Shown here in pieces: positions 49,353 through 59,012 of a DNA stretch of 64,000 nucleotides (position 1 is the first letter of the stretch; every line of letters begins with the position of its first letter). Source of the stretch: an uncultured delta proteobacterium (GTDB lineage Bacteria; Desulfobacterota; Desulfomonilia; UBA1062); NCBI GenBank assembly GCA_963752595.1, contig CAVVYZ010000002.1, positions 128,001 to 192,000 of the forward strand. Reading direction: 5' to 3'. The notes under the pieces were generated by a model. The model worked only from the letters and a program-made list of their open reading frames with translations, had not been told where the DNA came from and searched no databases. The translations under genes and the position numbers were made by a program.

Positions 49353-50171
49353 CTAGAAGGTGAGGGTGCCGGTAAAGATGAAGGACACTTCTCCAGTAAG
49401 CCATACATCTCGATACTCTCCATTATGCGTTGTAAATTCTATCTTCAGATTTCCTCCGGGCATATTCACCTGTACGGGAGCCCCGGTTACATTTCCGGTT
49501 GCATGGCTGACGATGGCAGAGGCTATGGCACCTGTTCCGCATGCAAGGGTCTCGGCTTCAACGCCCCGCTCGTACGTGCGCACCCTGATCCGGTCGGGCC
49601 CGACCGCCTGAACGAAATCCACATTGGTCCCGGCCGGCGAAAAGCGGGAATGCGTTCTGACCGTTCTTCCCAATGTGTCTACAGGGACCGCATCGAGGTC
49701 GTTCGTAAAAAGGATGGCATGGGGGACACCGGTATTGATGAAATGCACATCGGCAGTTCCGTCATCGATGCTGATGCTGATATCCTTACAGAGGTCGCGC
49801 GGCTCGGTTACCCTGATAGATACATCTTCTGGGTTTACCTTTGCCTCTACGATCCCTGCCAACGTATTGAACCGCATGGACGAGCCGGCGATGTTATGCT
49901 TCAAGGCATATGCTGCCGCGCAGCGGGCACCGTTGCCGCACATCTCAGCCTCGCTTCCGTCCACATTGAAAATCCGGTAATTGAAGTCGACCGAATCGCT
50001 CGGGCCGAGCACCAGAAGGCCGTCCACCCCGACACCGGTTCGCCTGGGACAGTATTTCCCGGCAAATCCTGCCCAATCCATATCAAAGGCAAGTCGATAG
50101 GCATCGACGACAATGAAATCATTGCCGGTTCCGGACATCTTGGTAAATTCTATGGTGCGGTCATTCTCCAT
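49353..50171 (-). CDS. dapF: Diaminopimelate epimerase
   Basis: FTKMSGTGNDF, AEMCGNGARC, NTGVPH, RTYERGVEAETLACGTGA. Confidence 0.96.
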   Translation of the reverse strand: MENDRTIEFTKMSGTGNDFIVVDAYRLAFDMDWAGFAGKYCPRRTGVGVDGLLVLGPSDSVDFNYRIFNVDGSEAEMCGNGARCAAAYALKHNIAGSSMRFNTLAGIVEAKVNPEDVSIRVTEPRDLCKDISISIDDGTADVHFINTGVPHAILFTNDLDAVPVDTLGRTVRTHSRFSPAGTNVDFVQAVGPDRIRVRTYERGVEAETLACGTGAIASAIVSHATGNVTGAPVQVNMPGGNLKIEFTTHNGEYRDVWLTGEVSFIFTGTLTF

Positions 50172-50344
50172 ACTTCTTTTTAGGACCTCTCATGTAAAAG
50201 CCGGAATCCAAATCATAAAGTTGTATTGTATCCGTCTGGAGTGTGCATGCATTAACAGACTCTCTTTTTTAAGTCAAGGAGATTGGGGCACAGGCAGGAA
50301 AACAGCGGCCCTTCCATGCACGCTGTGACTTTTGCGACATATTA

Positions 50345-51571
50345 TCAGGCTGCCAGTGCCTGACCGATTCTCTCCATGGCCTCGCGGACATTTTCGAAAT
50401 TATTGAAAGCGCTGATTCTGATATACCCTGCACCGCACTTCCCGAAACCTTCCCCCGGTGTGCATACGACACCGGCCTTCTGGAGGAGGAGGTCGAAGAA
50501 TTTCCAGGAGTCCGTCTTCGTATTCACCCAGATATAGGGGGAATTCTCGCCGCCGGTGCACTCATAACCAAGCTCGATCATCTTCGTGCGGATATGGGCG
50601 GCATTATTCAGGTAATAATCAATGAGGTCCGATACCTGCCTTTTCCCTGCAGAGCTGTAAACAGCCTCTGCTGCTCTCTGAACGGGATAGGATACACCGT
50701 TGAACTTCGTGGTCTGGCGCCTGTTCCACAGGGCATGGAGCGGATGCCTGCTGCCGGCGCTGTCATAAGCGCAGCAGGTTTTGGGGACCACGGTAAATGC
50801 GCACCTGGTCCCGGTGAACCCTGCGGTTTTCGAGAAGCTCCTGAATTCGATCGCCACTTCCCGGGCGCCTTCTATCTCATAAATGGAGCGGGGCAGCTCA
50901 TTGTCCCGGATAAAGATTTCATATGCGGCATCGAAGAGGATGAGAGCCTTGTTCTCATGGGCGTATCTTACCCACTGAGCCAAACGGTCTTTTGTGATCG
51001 TTGCACCGGTCGGATTGTTCGGAAAGCACAGATAGACGAGGTCAACCTTTTCCTTCGGGAGGCCGGGGACAAAGCCGTTCCCGGCGGTGCTATCAAGGTA
51101 TGCGATGTTTCCGTACCGGCCGTCTCTCAAGCTCCCTGCCCTGCCTGCCATCACATTCGTATCCAGATACACGGGATATACCGGGTCGGGGATCGCCACC
51201 TTGATGTCTCCGGCGAAAAGCTCCTGGATATTTGCCGTGTCGCACTTTGCCCCGTCACTGATGAATATCTCGTCGGCAGACACGTTTGCATTGCGGGAGC
51301 GGTAATCGTTTTCTGCAATGGCCTCTCTGAGAAATTCATAGCCCTGTTCGGGACCGTATCCTTTAAACGTGCGCCCATCGGCCATTTCGTCGACCGCCTT
51401 GTGCAGTGCTTCGATGCAGACTCCGGGAAGCGGGAGCGTGACATCGCCGATGCCCAGCTTGATGACCTTGTTTTCCGGGTTCCGGTCCTGGAATGCTGCA
51501 AGGCGTTTTGCGATCTCCGAAAAGAGATATGATGATTTAAGATCAAGATAACTCTCGTTAATTTTAATCAT
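50345..51571 (-). CDS. dapL: LL-diaminopimelate aminotransferase
   Basis: [59 protein letters not shown]. Confidence 0.95.
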   Translation of the reverse strand: MIKINESYLDLKSSYLFSEIAKRLAAFQDRNPENKVIKLGIGDVTLPLPGVCIEALHKAVDEMADGRTFKGYGPEQGYEFLREAIAENDYRSRNANVSADEIFISDGAKCDTANIQELFAGDIKVAIPDPVYPVYLDTNVMAGRAGSLRDGRYGNIAYLDSTAGNGFVPGLPKEKVDLVYLCFPNNPTGATITKDRLAQWVRYAHENKALILFDAAYEIFIRDNELPRSIYEIEGAREVAIEFRSFSKTAGFTGTRCAFTVVPKTCCAYDSAGSRHPLHALWNRRQTTKFNGVSYPVQRAAEAVYSSAGKRQVSDLIDYYLNNAAHIRTKMIELGYECTGGENSPYIWVNTKTDSWKFFDLLLQKAGVVCTPGEGFGKCGAGYIRISAFNNFENVREAMERIGQALAA

Positions 51572-51696
51572 GACTGCAATTACCTCATTTTCTCTCGATT
51601 TTTCCACCGCACCCGGCACATAAAGGGGAATGGTTTTTTGGTTTATCTAACATACCTGATTTGCTTTGTGGAATAGTTTCTCGCTGAATATAGGTA

Positions 51697-51724
51697 TTAA
51701 GAAATAAAAGAAATATGTCGAATA
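51697..51724 (+). promoter_or_regulatory. Sigma-28-like promoter
   Basis: TTAAG-N15-GTCGAATA, 32 nt upstream of GTG 51757, which has a GGAG SD. Confidence 0.55.
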
Positions 51725-51756
51725 ATACTATCACAGAAACCAGTAATGGAGCCAAA

Positions 51757-52113
51757 GTGAAAAAGGACAAGAGAAGACATTCCAGAAAGCTGCTGCGAAT
51801 CGAAGCCAGGTACCAGGATCCTCAGACCAAGGTATTGAAGGGAACGGTTCGGAATATAAGCCTCAGCGGTGTGTTTATCGAGACACCGAACCCTTTGGAT
51901 ATGCAAACTGTAGTGCATGTCAGCCTTGATGCGAAGTATCTCGGCAAGGTTATCGATGTTACCGGCAAGGTGGTAAGGGTCGAAGAGAATAGGGGAATGG
52001 CCATCCAGTTTGAAGACCGGGAGAACCGCGATATCCGGCTCCTCCTCGGCGCGCTGAGAAGGCTGGATCAGGCCTCTATGCTTGCGCTGAGCCGCTCCGC
52101 CCTGGGTGACTGA
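51757..52113 (+). CDS. Single-domain PilZ protein (c-di-GMP receptor)
   Basis: RxxxR (KRRHSR) and NxSxxG (NISLSG), GKVVRV, GMAIQF; GTG 51757 preferred over ATG 51715. Confidence 0.85.
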   Translation: MKKDKRRHSRKLLRIEARYQDPQTKVLKGTVRNISLSGVFIETPNPLDMQTVVHVSLDAKYLGKVIDVTGKVVRVEENRGMAIQFEDRENRDIRLLLGALRRLDQASMLALSRSALGD

Positions 52114-52205
52114 AGATCTCAACTTGGCAGTGCTTATCCTAAAAACAGCAGCTTTGCTTACCTTCTTGAAATAGAGCATTACCCTTAAACAGCTCTCTCG
52201 AATAC

Positions 52206-52246
52206 AAAAAGGCATCCCCTTTTAGAATCGGGGATGCCTTTTCTTT
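52206..52246. terminator. Bidirectional intrinsic terminator
   Basis: AAAAAGGCATCCCC...GGGGATGCCTTTT inverted repeat with A/T tails between convergent genes. Confidence 0.85.
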
Positions 52247-52297
52247 GCATGATCAGTTGGGTGCGGATCACGCCTCCCGTTCTATAACGGGGGTGAA

Positions 52298-53026
52298 TCA
52301 AAGTTTTGAAAGAAGTCTCTTTGCCCAATCGCTGAAATATGTTTCGTTGGAGGATGAAGCCCTCTGGAGCACTGACTTTGCCTCATCCGTATTATTGGTG
52401 TCTATCAAAACTTCTCCGAGGAAGACCTGGCCTTCAGCGTCATTCGGGAAGAGCTTCTGGTATTCCCGAAGATAGGTGAGCGATTTTTCCTTGTTGTTCA
52501 AAGGCCAGGGAAGCACATACCAGAAACGTCCCAATGCCTTGATCGGGCCTCCGTTGTCATACATCTTGTTGATGGAATAAGACTTCTCGAAGCTCGACTG
52601 GGTTTTATCCTTCAACCCTTCCTTCAGGGCAGTGAGGATGCTCACGCCGTCTGAATAATTTCCTACTGAGCAGCCATACCAGAAATTTCCCTCGATCTTG
52701 TTCGGTTCCAGCGCGATCGCCTTCTCTCCGTAGTTCATTGCAACCTGCCCGTATTTCTTGCAGGTGTCCTGCCAGCCGCTGACATCTTTCTCCTTGGATT
52801 CGTTGCAGTACTCGCGATACGCGTGGCAGGCCTTCCAGGCAGCCTCATAGCTTTGCGGGCTTGCATCCGAGGCCTGTGCATACAGGTCGCCCGCTTTCAG
52901 AAGGTTATCAACGCCTCCCTGTTCAAACAACGAATCGGCCTTGACGATCGTTTCATCCGCCCTGGCATAGCCGGGCAACATGAAAACTATGTATAACAGG
53001 AATACTCCTACGAGAACTCTCCTCAT
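52298..53026 (-). CDS. Exported TPR-like protein
   Basis: Signal peptide ending ARA, helical repeats (KAIALEP...GNFWYG, ALGRFWY.LPWP, GQVFLGEVL); GGAGGG SD before ATG 53026. Confidence 0.72.
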   Translation of the reverse strand: MRRVLVGVFLLYIVFMLPGYARADETIVKADSLFEQGGVDNLLKAGDLYAQASDASPQSYEAAWKACHAYREYCNESKEKDVSGWQDTCKKYGQVAMNYGEKAIALEPNKIEGNFWYGCSVGNYSDGVSILTALKEGLKDKTQSSFEKSYSINKMYDNGGPIKALGRFWYVLPWPLNNKEKSLTYLREYQKLFPNDAEGQVFLGEVLIDTNNTDEAKSVLQRASSSNETYFSDWAKRLLSKL

Positions 53027-53325
53027 GGTACTACACCCTCCTTCATAAAATATTATTGATATACATAGTATAATGCTCACAGCAGGTTATCAAGAGGGGG
53101 AGGATAGGCATAAATCCTAAGAATTAATAGTCAATTGAAAATAAATAGAAACGTTGAGAAATGAACACTTGCTGTGCATATTAAAGCTGTATGAAGCGGT
53201 TGGGGAAGGCAAGGGACAGGAAAGGTGTCATGTCCCTGATGATAAGTCATTTTTTCACCTTGCAATATTACACAAATAAGCGTACCACGCTTGTAATGCC
53301 GTATGGTGACCCCTTTCCTCAACTC

Positions 53326-53667
53326 ATGGATATGAAAGGGATTGCAGTAGAGCTTCCTTTTCTGCGCTTCAAATATGTCAACATCAAGGGCAGCCCCTCC
53401 CAGAAAACATATTCAGACAATAAAGTAAGCGTTCTGCCTTCTTCGGAGAAGCTCTGCCAGCAAACAGAACCCATCCGGATCAACTACACGCAGGCCGAGC
53501 CTGAAGAGATATCTTCTTTGGGCATCGATCCGATGGTATCCAGCGCATCGGTTATCCATGAGCTTGCCTATGGCAGGCCGGCCAAAAAAACGCAAGTTTC
53601 AGGAAGTGTTCAGGAATATCCGGTCCCGAGGGAATTCCGGCGGCACGATCTGGACATCGTCGTGTGA
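53326..53667 (+). CDS. Hypothetical protein ending LDIVV
   Basis: Open frame directly upstream of the deacetylase gene; start uncertain (53326, 53332 or 53296). Confidence 0.5.
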   Translation: MDMKGIAVELPFLRFKYVNIKGSPSQKTYSDNKVSVLPSSEKLCQQTEPIRINYTQAEPEEISSLGIDPMVSSASVIHELAYGRPAKKTQVSGSVQEYPVPREFRRHDLDIVV

Positions 53668-53682
53668 AGAGCTGAATCAGGC

Positions 53683-54702
53683 ATGATCGGTATCGTCTCA
53701 GACCCCGTCTTCATGAAACACGACACCGGCGGATATCATCCCGAGAGCCCTTTGCGGATCCAATACCTTCACACCCTCTTTGCCCCGAAGAATGACCCGC
53801 AGATTCTGCTCCTGGATCCTGTGCCTGCAACGATCGAAGATATTGCGCTGAACCATGGCCGGGCCTATATCGACATGATTTCCCGCACCGCCTTGTCAAA
53901 TGCCTCGGTAGATCTGGACCCTGATACGGTGTGTTGTCCGGAATCATATCACACCGCGCTGCTCGCGGCAGGATCGCTTGTGGAACTTACCAGGATGGCC
54001 CTGGAAGGCGAGATTCAGACAGGGCTCGCCTGTGTAAGGCCCCCGGGGCATCACGCGAGGAAGAATGACGCCATGGGGTTCTGCATCTTCAACAATATAG
54101 CCATCGCGGCATCCAGGGCAATAGAGTCCTTCGGTGTCGAGAAGGTCGCCATCATCGATTTCGATGTCCACCATGGGAATGGGACCCAGGAAAGCTTCTA
54201 CGCAAGAGACGATGTGCTCTATTTCTCCACCCACCAGTATCCTTTCTATCCGGGTACCGGCGCCGTATCGGACACCGGTTCGGGAGAAGGGAAGGGATAT
54301 ACCGTGAACTGCCCCATGCAGGGAGGGAAGAACGACGGACACTACGCGGCCGTTTACCGCTATATTCTCAAGCCGGTCATCGAGGCCTTCGAGCCCGAAC
54401 TGATCCTGGTATCGGCAGGCTTCGACGCCCATGCCATGGACCCGATCGGCGGGATGCAGCTCAGCTCCCGCGGGTTTGCAGACATTACCTCGACCATACA
54501 GGACTCCGCGCATGAAGTGGGTGCCCCGGTGGTCTATGCACTCGAGGGAGGCTACAATCTGAACGCCCTGAAGGAGTCCGTGTCCCATATGATCGGAGCG
54601 CTGAAGGGGGACCGGGCCCCTGTGATCGACCCGGTACCTTTCCCTGAGCTGGAGACATTCATAAATACTCAAGCTCATATGTGGCCGCTTGTATTAAGGT
54701 AA
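53683..54702 (+). CDS. Histone deacetylase-family (Zn-dependent) deacylase
   Basis: HPESPLR, RPPGHHA, GFCIFNN, DFDVHHGNGTQ, SAGFDAH..DP, LEGGY. Confidence 0.93.
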   Translation: MIGIVSDPVFMKHDTGGYHPESPLRIQYLHTLFAPKNDPQILLLDPVPATIEDIALNHGRAYIDMISRTALSNASVDLDPDTVCCPESYHTALLAAGSLVELTRMALEGEIQTGLACVRPPGHHARKNDAMGFCIFNNIAIAASRAIESFGVEKVAIIDFDVHHGNGTQESFYARDDVLYFSTHQYPFYPGTGAVSDTGSGEGKGYTVNCPMQGGKNDGHYAAVYRYILKPVIEAFEPELILVSAGFDAHAMDPIGGMQLSSRGFADITSTIQDSAHEVGAPVVYALEGGYNLNALKESVSHMIGALKGDRAPVIDPVPFPELETFINTQAHMWPLVLR

Positions 54703-54704
54703 GT

Positions 54705-54732
54705 TTAAGTTTCCTATACTTATTGCCGAAAG
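54705..54732 (+). promoter_or_regulatory. Sigma-28-like promoter (likely leaderless)
   Basis: TTAAG-N15-GCCGAAAG, 7 nt before ATG 54740; no SD. Confidence 0.65.
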
Positions 54733-54739
54733 GCCTTGT

Positions 54740-55483
54740 ATGTTAGAGCCGAGGATTATCGAGGCGGTTTCAGTTAAGGAATATCGGCCTGGAGAGGTCA
54801 TTGTACGGGAGGGCGACTCCAACCAATACTTCTACGCGATACTCCAGGGAGAGGTGCAGATCTACCAGATGGAAAAGCCCATCCGCATCCTCACCGACAG
54901 AGACGTGTTCGGCCTCGAGAACTATTATCGCGGCATTCCCTACAGCACCACGGCAAAGTCGACAAAGGTCTCTCGCATCGCCACGTATGAATCCGATTGC
55001 ATCGAAGACATCGTTTTTTCGAAGCCGGGACTGGTGAGCATGGTCTTGAGGTCTGCTTATCTGCAGCTGGAGCAGACGACGTCGGTCGCAGAATGCAATA
55101 TCCCCTACAGCGAAGTCATCAACCTCGATGTGCGGGAGTATGCGGACGGAGATACCATTATCGAAGACGGCACGTACGGCACGGAGATCTATAAGCTCTG
55201 CCAGGCGGAAGTGGGCCTGGAGGTACTGAAGAAAAACGTCCGTGTAGGCATGATCACGAAGCCGGGAGAATATTTCGGCGAGATGAGTTTTATCCTGAAC
55301 GAACCCAGAGGCGCCACGATCCGTTCCGTAGGCAGGAGCGTTGTCGAGGTTATCCCGGTGGACGAAGGGGGTCTCGAGAGGCTCATCAGCGAGAACCCGG
55401 AAGTTGCAAATAAGATCATCGATGCGCTGGCGCACAGGCTCAAACAGGCCAACCTCATGATTGTAAAAGAGCCGGGAGCCTGA
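54740..55483 (+). CDS. Protein with two cyclic nucleotide-binding domains
   Basis: YRPGEVIVREGD..FYAILQGEV..FG; second domain PGEYFGEMSFILNEPRGATI; no output domain. Confidence 0.85.
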   Translation: MLEPRIIEAVSVKEYRPGEVIVREGDSNQYFYAILQGEVQIYQMEKPIRILTDRDVFGLENYYRGIPYSTTAKSTKVSRIATYESDCIEDIVFSKPGLVSMVLRSAYLQLEQTTSVAECNIPYSEVINLDVREYADGDTIIEDGTYGTEIYKLCQAEVGLEVLKKNVRVGMITKPGEYFGEMSFILNEPRGATIRSVGRSVVEVIPVDEGGLERLISENPEVANKIIDALAHRLKQANLMIVKEPGA

Positions 55484-55494
55484 AAAACAGGATT

Positions 55495-56598
55495 TTAGAT
55501 ACCCTGCGCCCGGTCCAATAACCTGCTTTTCTCCTCGATGAGGGCTTTGATCGCAGGAACGGCTTGAAGGGCTTTTTCCCTCCCTTCGGCAATCGTGCTC
55601 TCTCCTTTGTTGAACTCTAACGCACGGACCTGATCGATCACCGGCTCTATGAGAATATCCGGTTTTATGTACATGAGCATGAGGCGGTTCTTCTGGTATT
55701 GCTGGATATTCGTTGCACTGAGCATGATCTCGAAGATATTGAGCATATCCGCCTTGTCCTTCTTGGTGAAGCTCTTGTTTATCAGAGAACCGATCTTGTC
55801 CCTGCTCTCATGCATCTGATCCTTGAAGGCGGCGAGCAGATCATGGTCACGGACCGGACCGGCCGTGTCGCCCGGTGTGCTCCTGAACATGCCCCGCAGT
55901 CCTTTTATGCCGCCGATTATCTTTTCCGTAGGGAGGGCGGCAAGCATGCGGTCTATGAGCCAGGAAGAAATATCTTCATCCCCTTCTTTTTTCTGGGCTT
56001 TTACGATCGCACTGCTCAGAGAGGAAGAAAGCTTGTCGGGAAGCCTTGAGTGGAGGTTGCACGCGATGGTGATATCGGGCGAGAATGATCTCAGGATATC
56101 CAGGGGCAGGGGGTCCGAGACGCCTCCGTCCGTGAGTATCTGTTCACCGAGGACAACGGGTTTGAAGATCCCGGGCATGGAAATGCTCGCCATCACGGCA
56201 TCGACAAGGAGACCCCGGGAGATGGGCACGATTTCTCCCGTGAGGATATCCGTAGCCACTGCCGTATAGGCAAGGGGGAGTTCTTCTATTCTGGTGTCAT
56301 GAAGCAGCGTCGCGAGGAATTTCCTGGCCCTTTTGCCTGCGAAGAGCCCGGAAACGGGAAAGACCGGATCTGCATAGAAACGCAATGTCTCGATGAAGTT
56401 CAGGTCCGAGATGAGCTCCTTGAAGATCCCGAGTGAGCCTGCTGCGTAAAAGGCTCCTATTGCGGCGCCGGCGCTGGAACCGACGATTATGTCCAGCGGT
56501 ATATTGTTTTCTTTCAGGACATCGAGGACCCCGATATGCGCCCCTCCCATTGCCCCGCCGCTGTCCAGGGCGATCCCGACAATAGGTTTTCTGCTCAT
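55495..56598 (-). CDS. Patatin-like phospholipase
   Basis: SGGAMGGAHIGVL, GSSAG, ASISMPGIF, DGG. Confidence 0.9.
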   Translation of the reverse strand: MSRKPIVGIALDSGGAMGGAHIGVLDVLKENNIPLDIIVGSSAGAAIGAFYAAGSLGIFKELISDLNFIETLRFYADPVFPVSGLFAGKRARKFLATLLHDTRIEELPLAYTAVATDILTGEIVPISRGLLVDAVMASISMPGIFKPVVLGEQILTDGGVSDPLPLDILRSFSPDITIACNLHSRLPDKLSSSLSSAIVKAQKKEGDEDISSWLIDRMLAALPTEKIIGGIKGLRGMFRSTPGDTAGPVRDHDLLAAFKDQMHESRDKIGSLINKSFTKKDKADMLNIFEIMLSATNIQQYQKNRLMLMYIKPDILIEPVIDQVRALEFNKGESTIAEGREKALQAVPAIKALIEEKSRLLDRAQGI

Positions 56599-56678
56599 GG
56601 GTTTTTCCTACTGGATTCATGATGGAGATGCAATTCATTTTAAAGAAACGAGCCGGGAAGGATTAAGATTTCCGGCAG

Positions 56679-56706
56679 TAAAGAAAATCATAAGAAATTC
56701 CGAATA
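56679..56706 (+). promoter_or_regulatory. Sigma-28-like promoter (likely leaderless)
   Basis: TAAAG-N15-TCCGAATA, 7 nt before in-frame ATG 56714; no SD. Confidence 0.6.
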
Positions 56707-56713
56707 TTTTTCT

Positions 56714-58102
56714 ATGGATGCATATTGGCTGGGAAGCTCGCCACTGAAAGGACTGACAGGGATCAAACAGGTGGACACCCTTGACGGAGTATCCGAGAGC
56801 AGCCTGGTATTCGTCGATGACAAGACCCGTATCAGGTGGAAAACGGTCAGCGGCCAGAGGGTATACATCGTATCGGATCTGCCCATATCGACACCTCTGC
56901 CGGACAAGGTGGCAGGCGTTATTCCGCGGGATGTTATGGCCATAAACTCAATCGCGGCATTGTACTCGGAAATGCGCGAATGTTACGATGTGGAGGACAG
57001 GCTCATCAAGGCCCTGAATGAAAAGGAGCTTGCCATCCAGGAAAAGCAAAAAATTCTCCTGCGGGACAGCAAACGATACCAGGCCATGATCAAGAATGCC
57101 ACCGACCTTATTTTCACCCTTGGACCTGCCGGCAAGATCACCTTCAGCAACGAAACCATGAAACGGTACCTTCGCGACGGCCAGGGCTCGCTCATCGAAA
57201 AATCATTCTCCGATTTCGTGGTCGATGAGGACAAGAAAGCCATCACTGATATGGTCAGGAAAGGCTTCAGCAAAGGGGTGCCTACGAAGATCGAGGCAAG
57301 GCTGCACCTCTCCGGGGGAAATACCGGGATCTTCTCGCTGATGAGCACTCCTCTCTCCGAAGACGACCATGTCTATGCCCTCTCCGTAATAGGCCGGGAC
57401 ATTACGGATATACGCGCGATGCAGCATAGGCTTTTCCTCCAGGCAAGAGACCTCACGCTGATGATCAACGGCCTCTCGCACGAGCTGAGAAACCCTCTCA
57501 TGGTCATCGGCGCCTATATGAAGAGGATAGAAAAGAAGGGAAGCTCAAGGCAGGCCGATTCGATACATGGCGCACTGACCGGCATCAATTCATCTATCCA
57601 GAGGATTGAAGAGATGATCGGAAGGATCGAACAGTATGAGGCAATGGTGAAGCAGAAGGTCATATACGCTGAGGTCGATATCCGGGAGCTCATCCGTGCT
57701 GCATTGAAGGTGCACCAGGTGCATGCCAAGGTATCCCTGAAAGGCTGCGCCGGACTGAAAGCGTTCACGGATGCGGATCACATCAGGGCGGCTTTCCTCA
57801 GGATCCTGGAAAATGCCGTTGAGTCAGGCACGGGAAGGATCGATATCCATTTTTCTCACCGTGAAGGGTGCGCCTATGTCTCGATCCGGGATTACGGCCC
57901 GGGTATTTGGGAAGATCCTGAAACCCTGTTCGCGCCTTTCTACTCCGGAGACCCCATGAAGATCGGGCTCGGCCTTACGGAAGCCCGGATTGCCATGGCC
58001 AAGATAGGATCGGACATAGAAATCATTCCTCAGGCCGATCCCGGAGCCGTATTCACCATGAAGATCCTGCTCGACAGGAGAAATTCCTTAAGGGACGAAT
58101 AG
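56714..58102 (+). CDS. Cytoplasmic PAS-domain sensor histidine kinase
   Basis: PAS (ATDLIF...GRDITD), H-box SHELRNPL, N-box ILENA, DYGPGI, LFAPFYS, GLGL; start trimmed to avoid overlap with patatin gene. Confidence 0.85.
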   Translation: MDAYWLGSSPLKGLTGIKQVDTLDGVSESSLVFVDDKTRIRWKTVSGQRVYIVSDLPISTPLPDKVAGVIPRDVMAINSIAALYSEMRECYDVEDRLIKALNEKELAIQEKQKILLRDSKRYQAMIKNATDLIFTLGPAGKITFSNETMKRYLRDGQGSLIEKSFSDFVVDEDKKAITDMVRKGFSKGVPTKIEARLHLSGGNTGIFSLMSTPLSEDDHVYALSVIGRDITDIRAMQHRLFLQARDLTLMINGLSHELRNPLMVIGAYMKRIEKKGSSRQADSIHGALTGINSSIQRIEEMIGRIEQYEAMVKQKVIYAEVDIRELIRAALKVHQVHAKVSLKGCAGLKAFTDADHIRAAFLRILENAVESGTGRIDIHFSHREGCAYVSIRDYGPGIWEDPETLFAPFYSGDPMKIGLGLTEARIAMAKIGSDIEIIPQADPGAVFTMKILLDRRNSLRDE

Positions 58103-58291
58103 CCCTTTCATCGATTCCTTCACCTGGACATTATCATTCTTAACAAGCGTATGAGTCTCGCTGTCCGGATCCGGCTCAGGATGAATAGCAGGATGGAAAC
58201 GGTGGAACCGTTTAGTTTACCGGTTCTCATTTCTCAACAGGTCTTGTTCTGTGATATGATTTTTTTATCTTTGATCTTTTGAGGAGGTTCT

Positions 58292-58984
58292 ATGGGTGAA
58301 GCCCACTTGATCCATGAAGGAGTTTATCTGGTCGGCGGATCTTCTCTTTCGCATTTTCAGGATGCGAGTGTTTTCATCGTGGACTGCGGGGAGGAAATGG
58401 TGATGATCGATTCCGGCGCAGGCAAGGGAGCGAAGACCATTGAGAGGAACATCCACGACATACCCCGCGACCCTTCCCGTATATCAACCCTTATCCTGAC
58501 CCACTGCCATGTGGATCACATCGGGTCTGCAAAGTACTTCAAGGATACCTGTCCGTGCAGGATCATAGCCCATGATCTCGATAGCGACGCCATAGAATCC
58601 GGGGACCCGGTCAGGACCGCTGCGTCCTGGTATAATACAAGACTGCCCAGGCTTACGGTCGATACGCGTCTCCGCGGCGGTCTTGAAACGCTCGGTATAG
58701 GAGGCGAGGAAATCCATTGTATCCATACCCCCGGGCACACCCCGGGCTCTATCTGCGTGTACCTCGACAGGAACGGAAAACGCGTCCTATTCGGCCAGGA
58801 CATTCACGGACCTTTCAGCGAAGATTTCGGCTCGGACATCGGAAGGTGGCGGGAATCCATGGAGAAACTCCTGGCGCTGAAGGCAGACATCCTCTGCGAA
58901 GGGCATTTCGGAATCTTCACCGGCAGGAAACGCGTGGAGGACTATATCCGGGGATATCTTGACCAGTACGCGAGCGAATACTAG
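58292..58984 (+). CDS. MBL-fold metallohydrolase
   Basis: IDSG, THCHVDHIG, TPGHTPG, LCEGH; GAGGAGG SD. Confidence 0.9.
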   Translation: MGEAHLIHEGVYLVGGSSLSHFQDASVFIVDCGEEMVMIDSGAGKGAKTIERNIHDIPRDPSRISTLILTHCHVDHIGSAKYFKDTCPCRIIAHDLDSDAIESGDPVRTAASWYNTRLPRLTVDTRLRGGLETLGIGGEEIHCIHTPGHTPGSICVYLDRNGKRVLFGQDIHGPFSEDFGSDIGRWRESMEKLLALKADILCEGHFGIFTGRKRVEDYIRGYLDQYASEY

Positions 58985-59012
58985 CTTCAAGGTCGGATCA
59001 GGAAAGATTAGA

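Noticed and set aside
50594-51532. Long antisense ORFs (312 aa here; also 44368-45279, 53944-54678, 13758-14555, 41748-42542)
   Set aside because: Shadows of well-supported genes on the opposite strand in GC-rich coding DNA; no motifs or RBS
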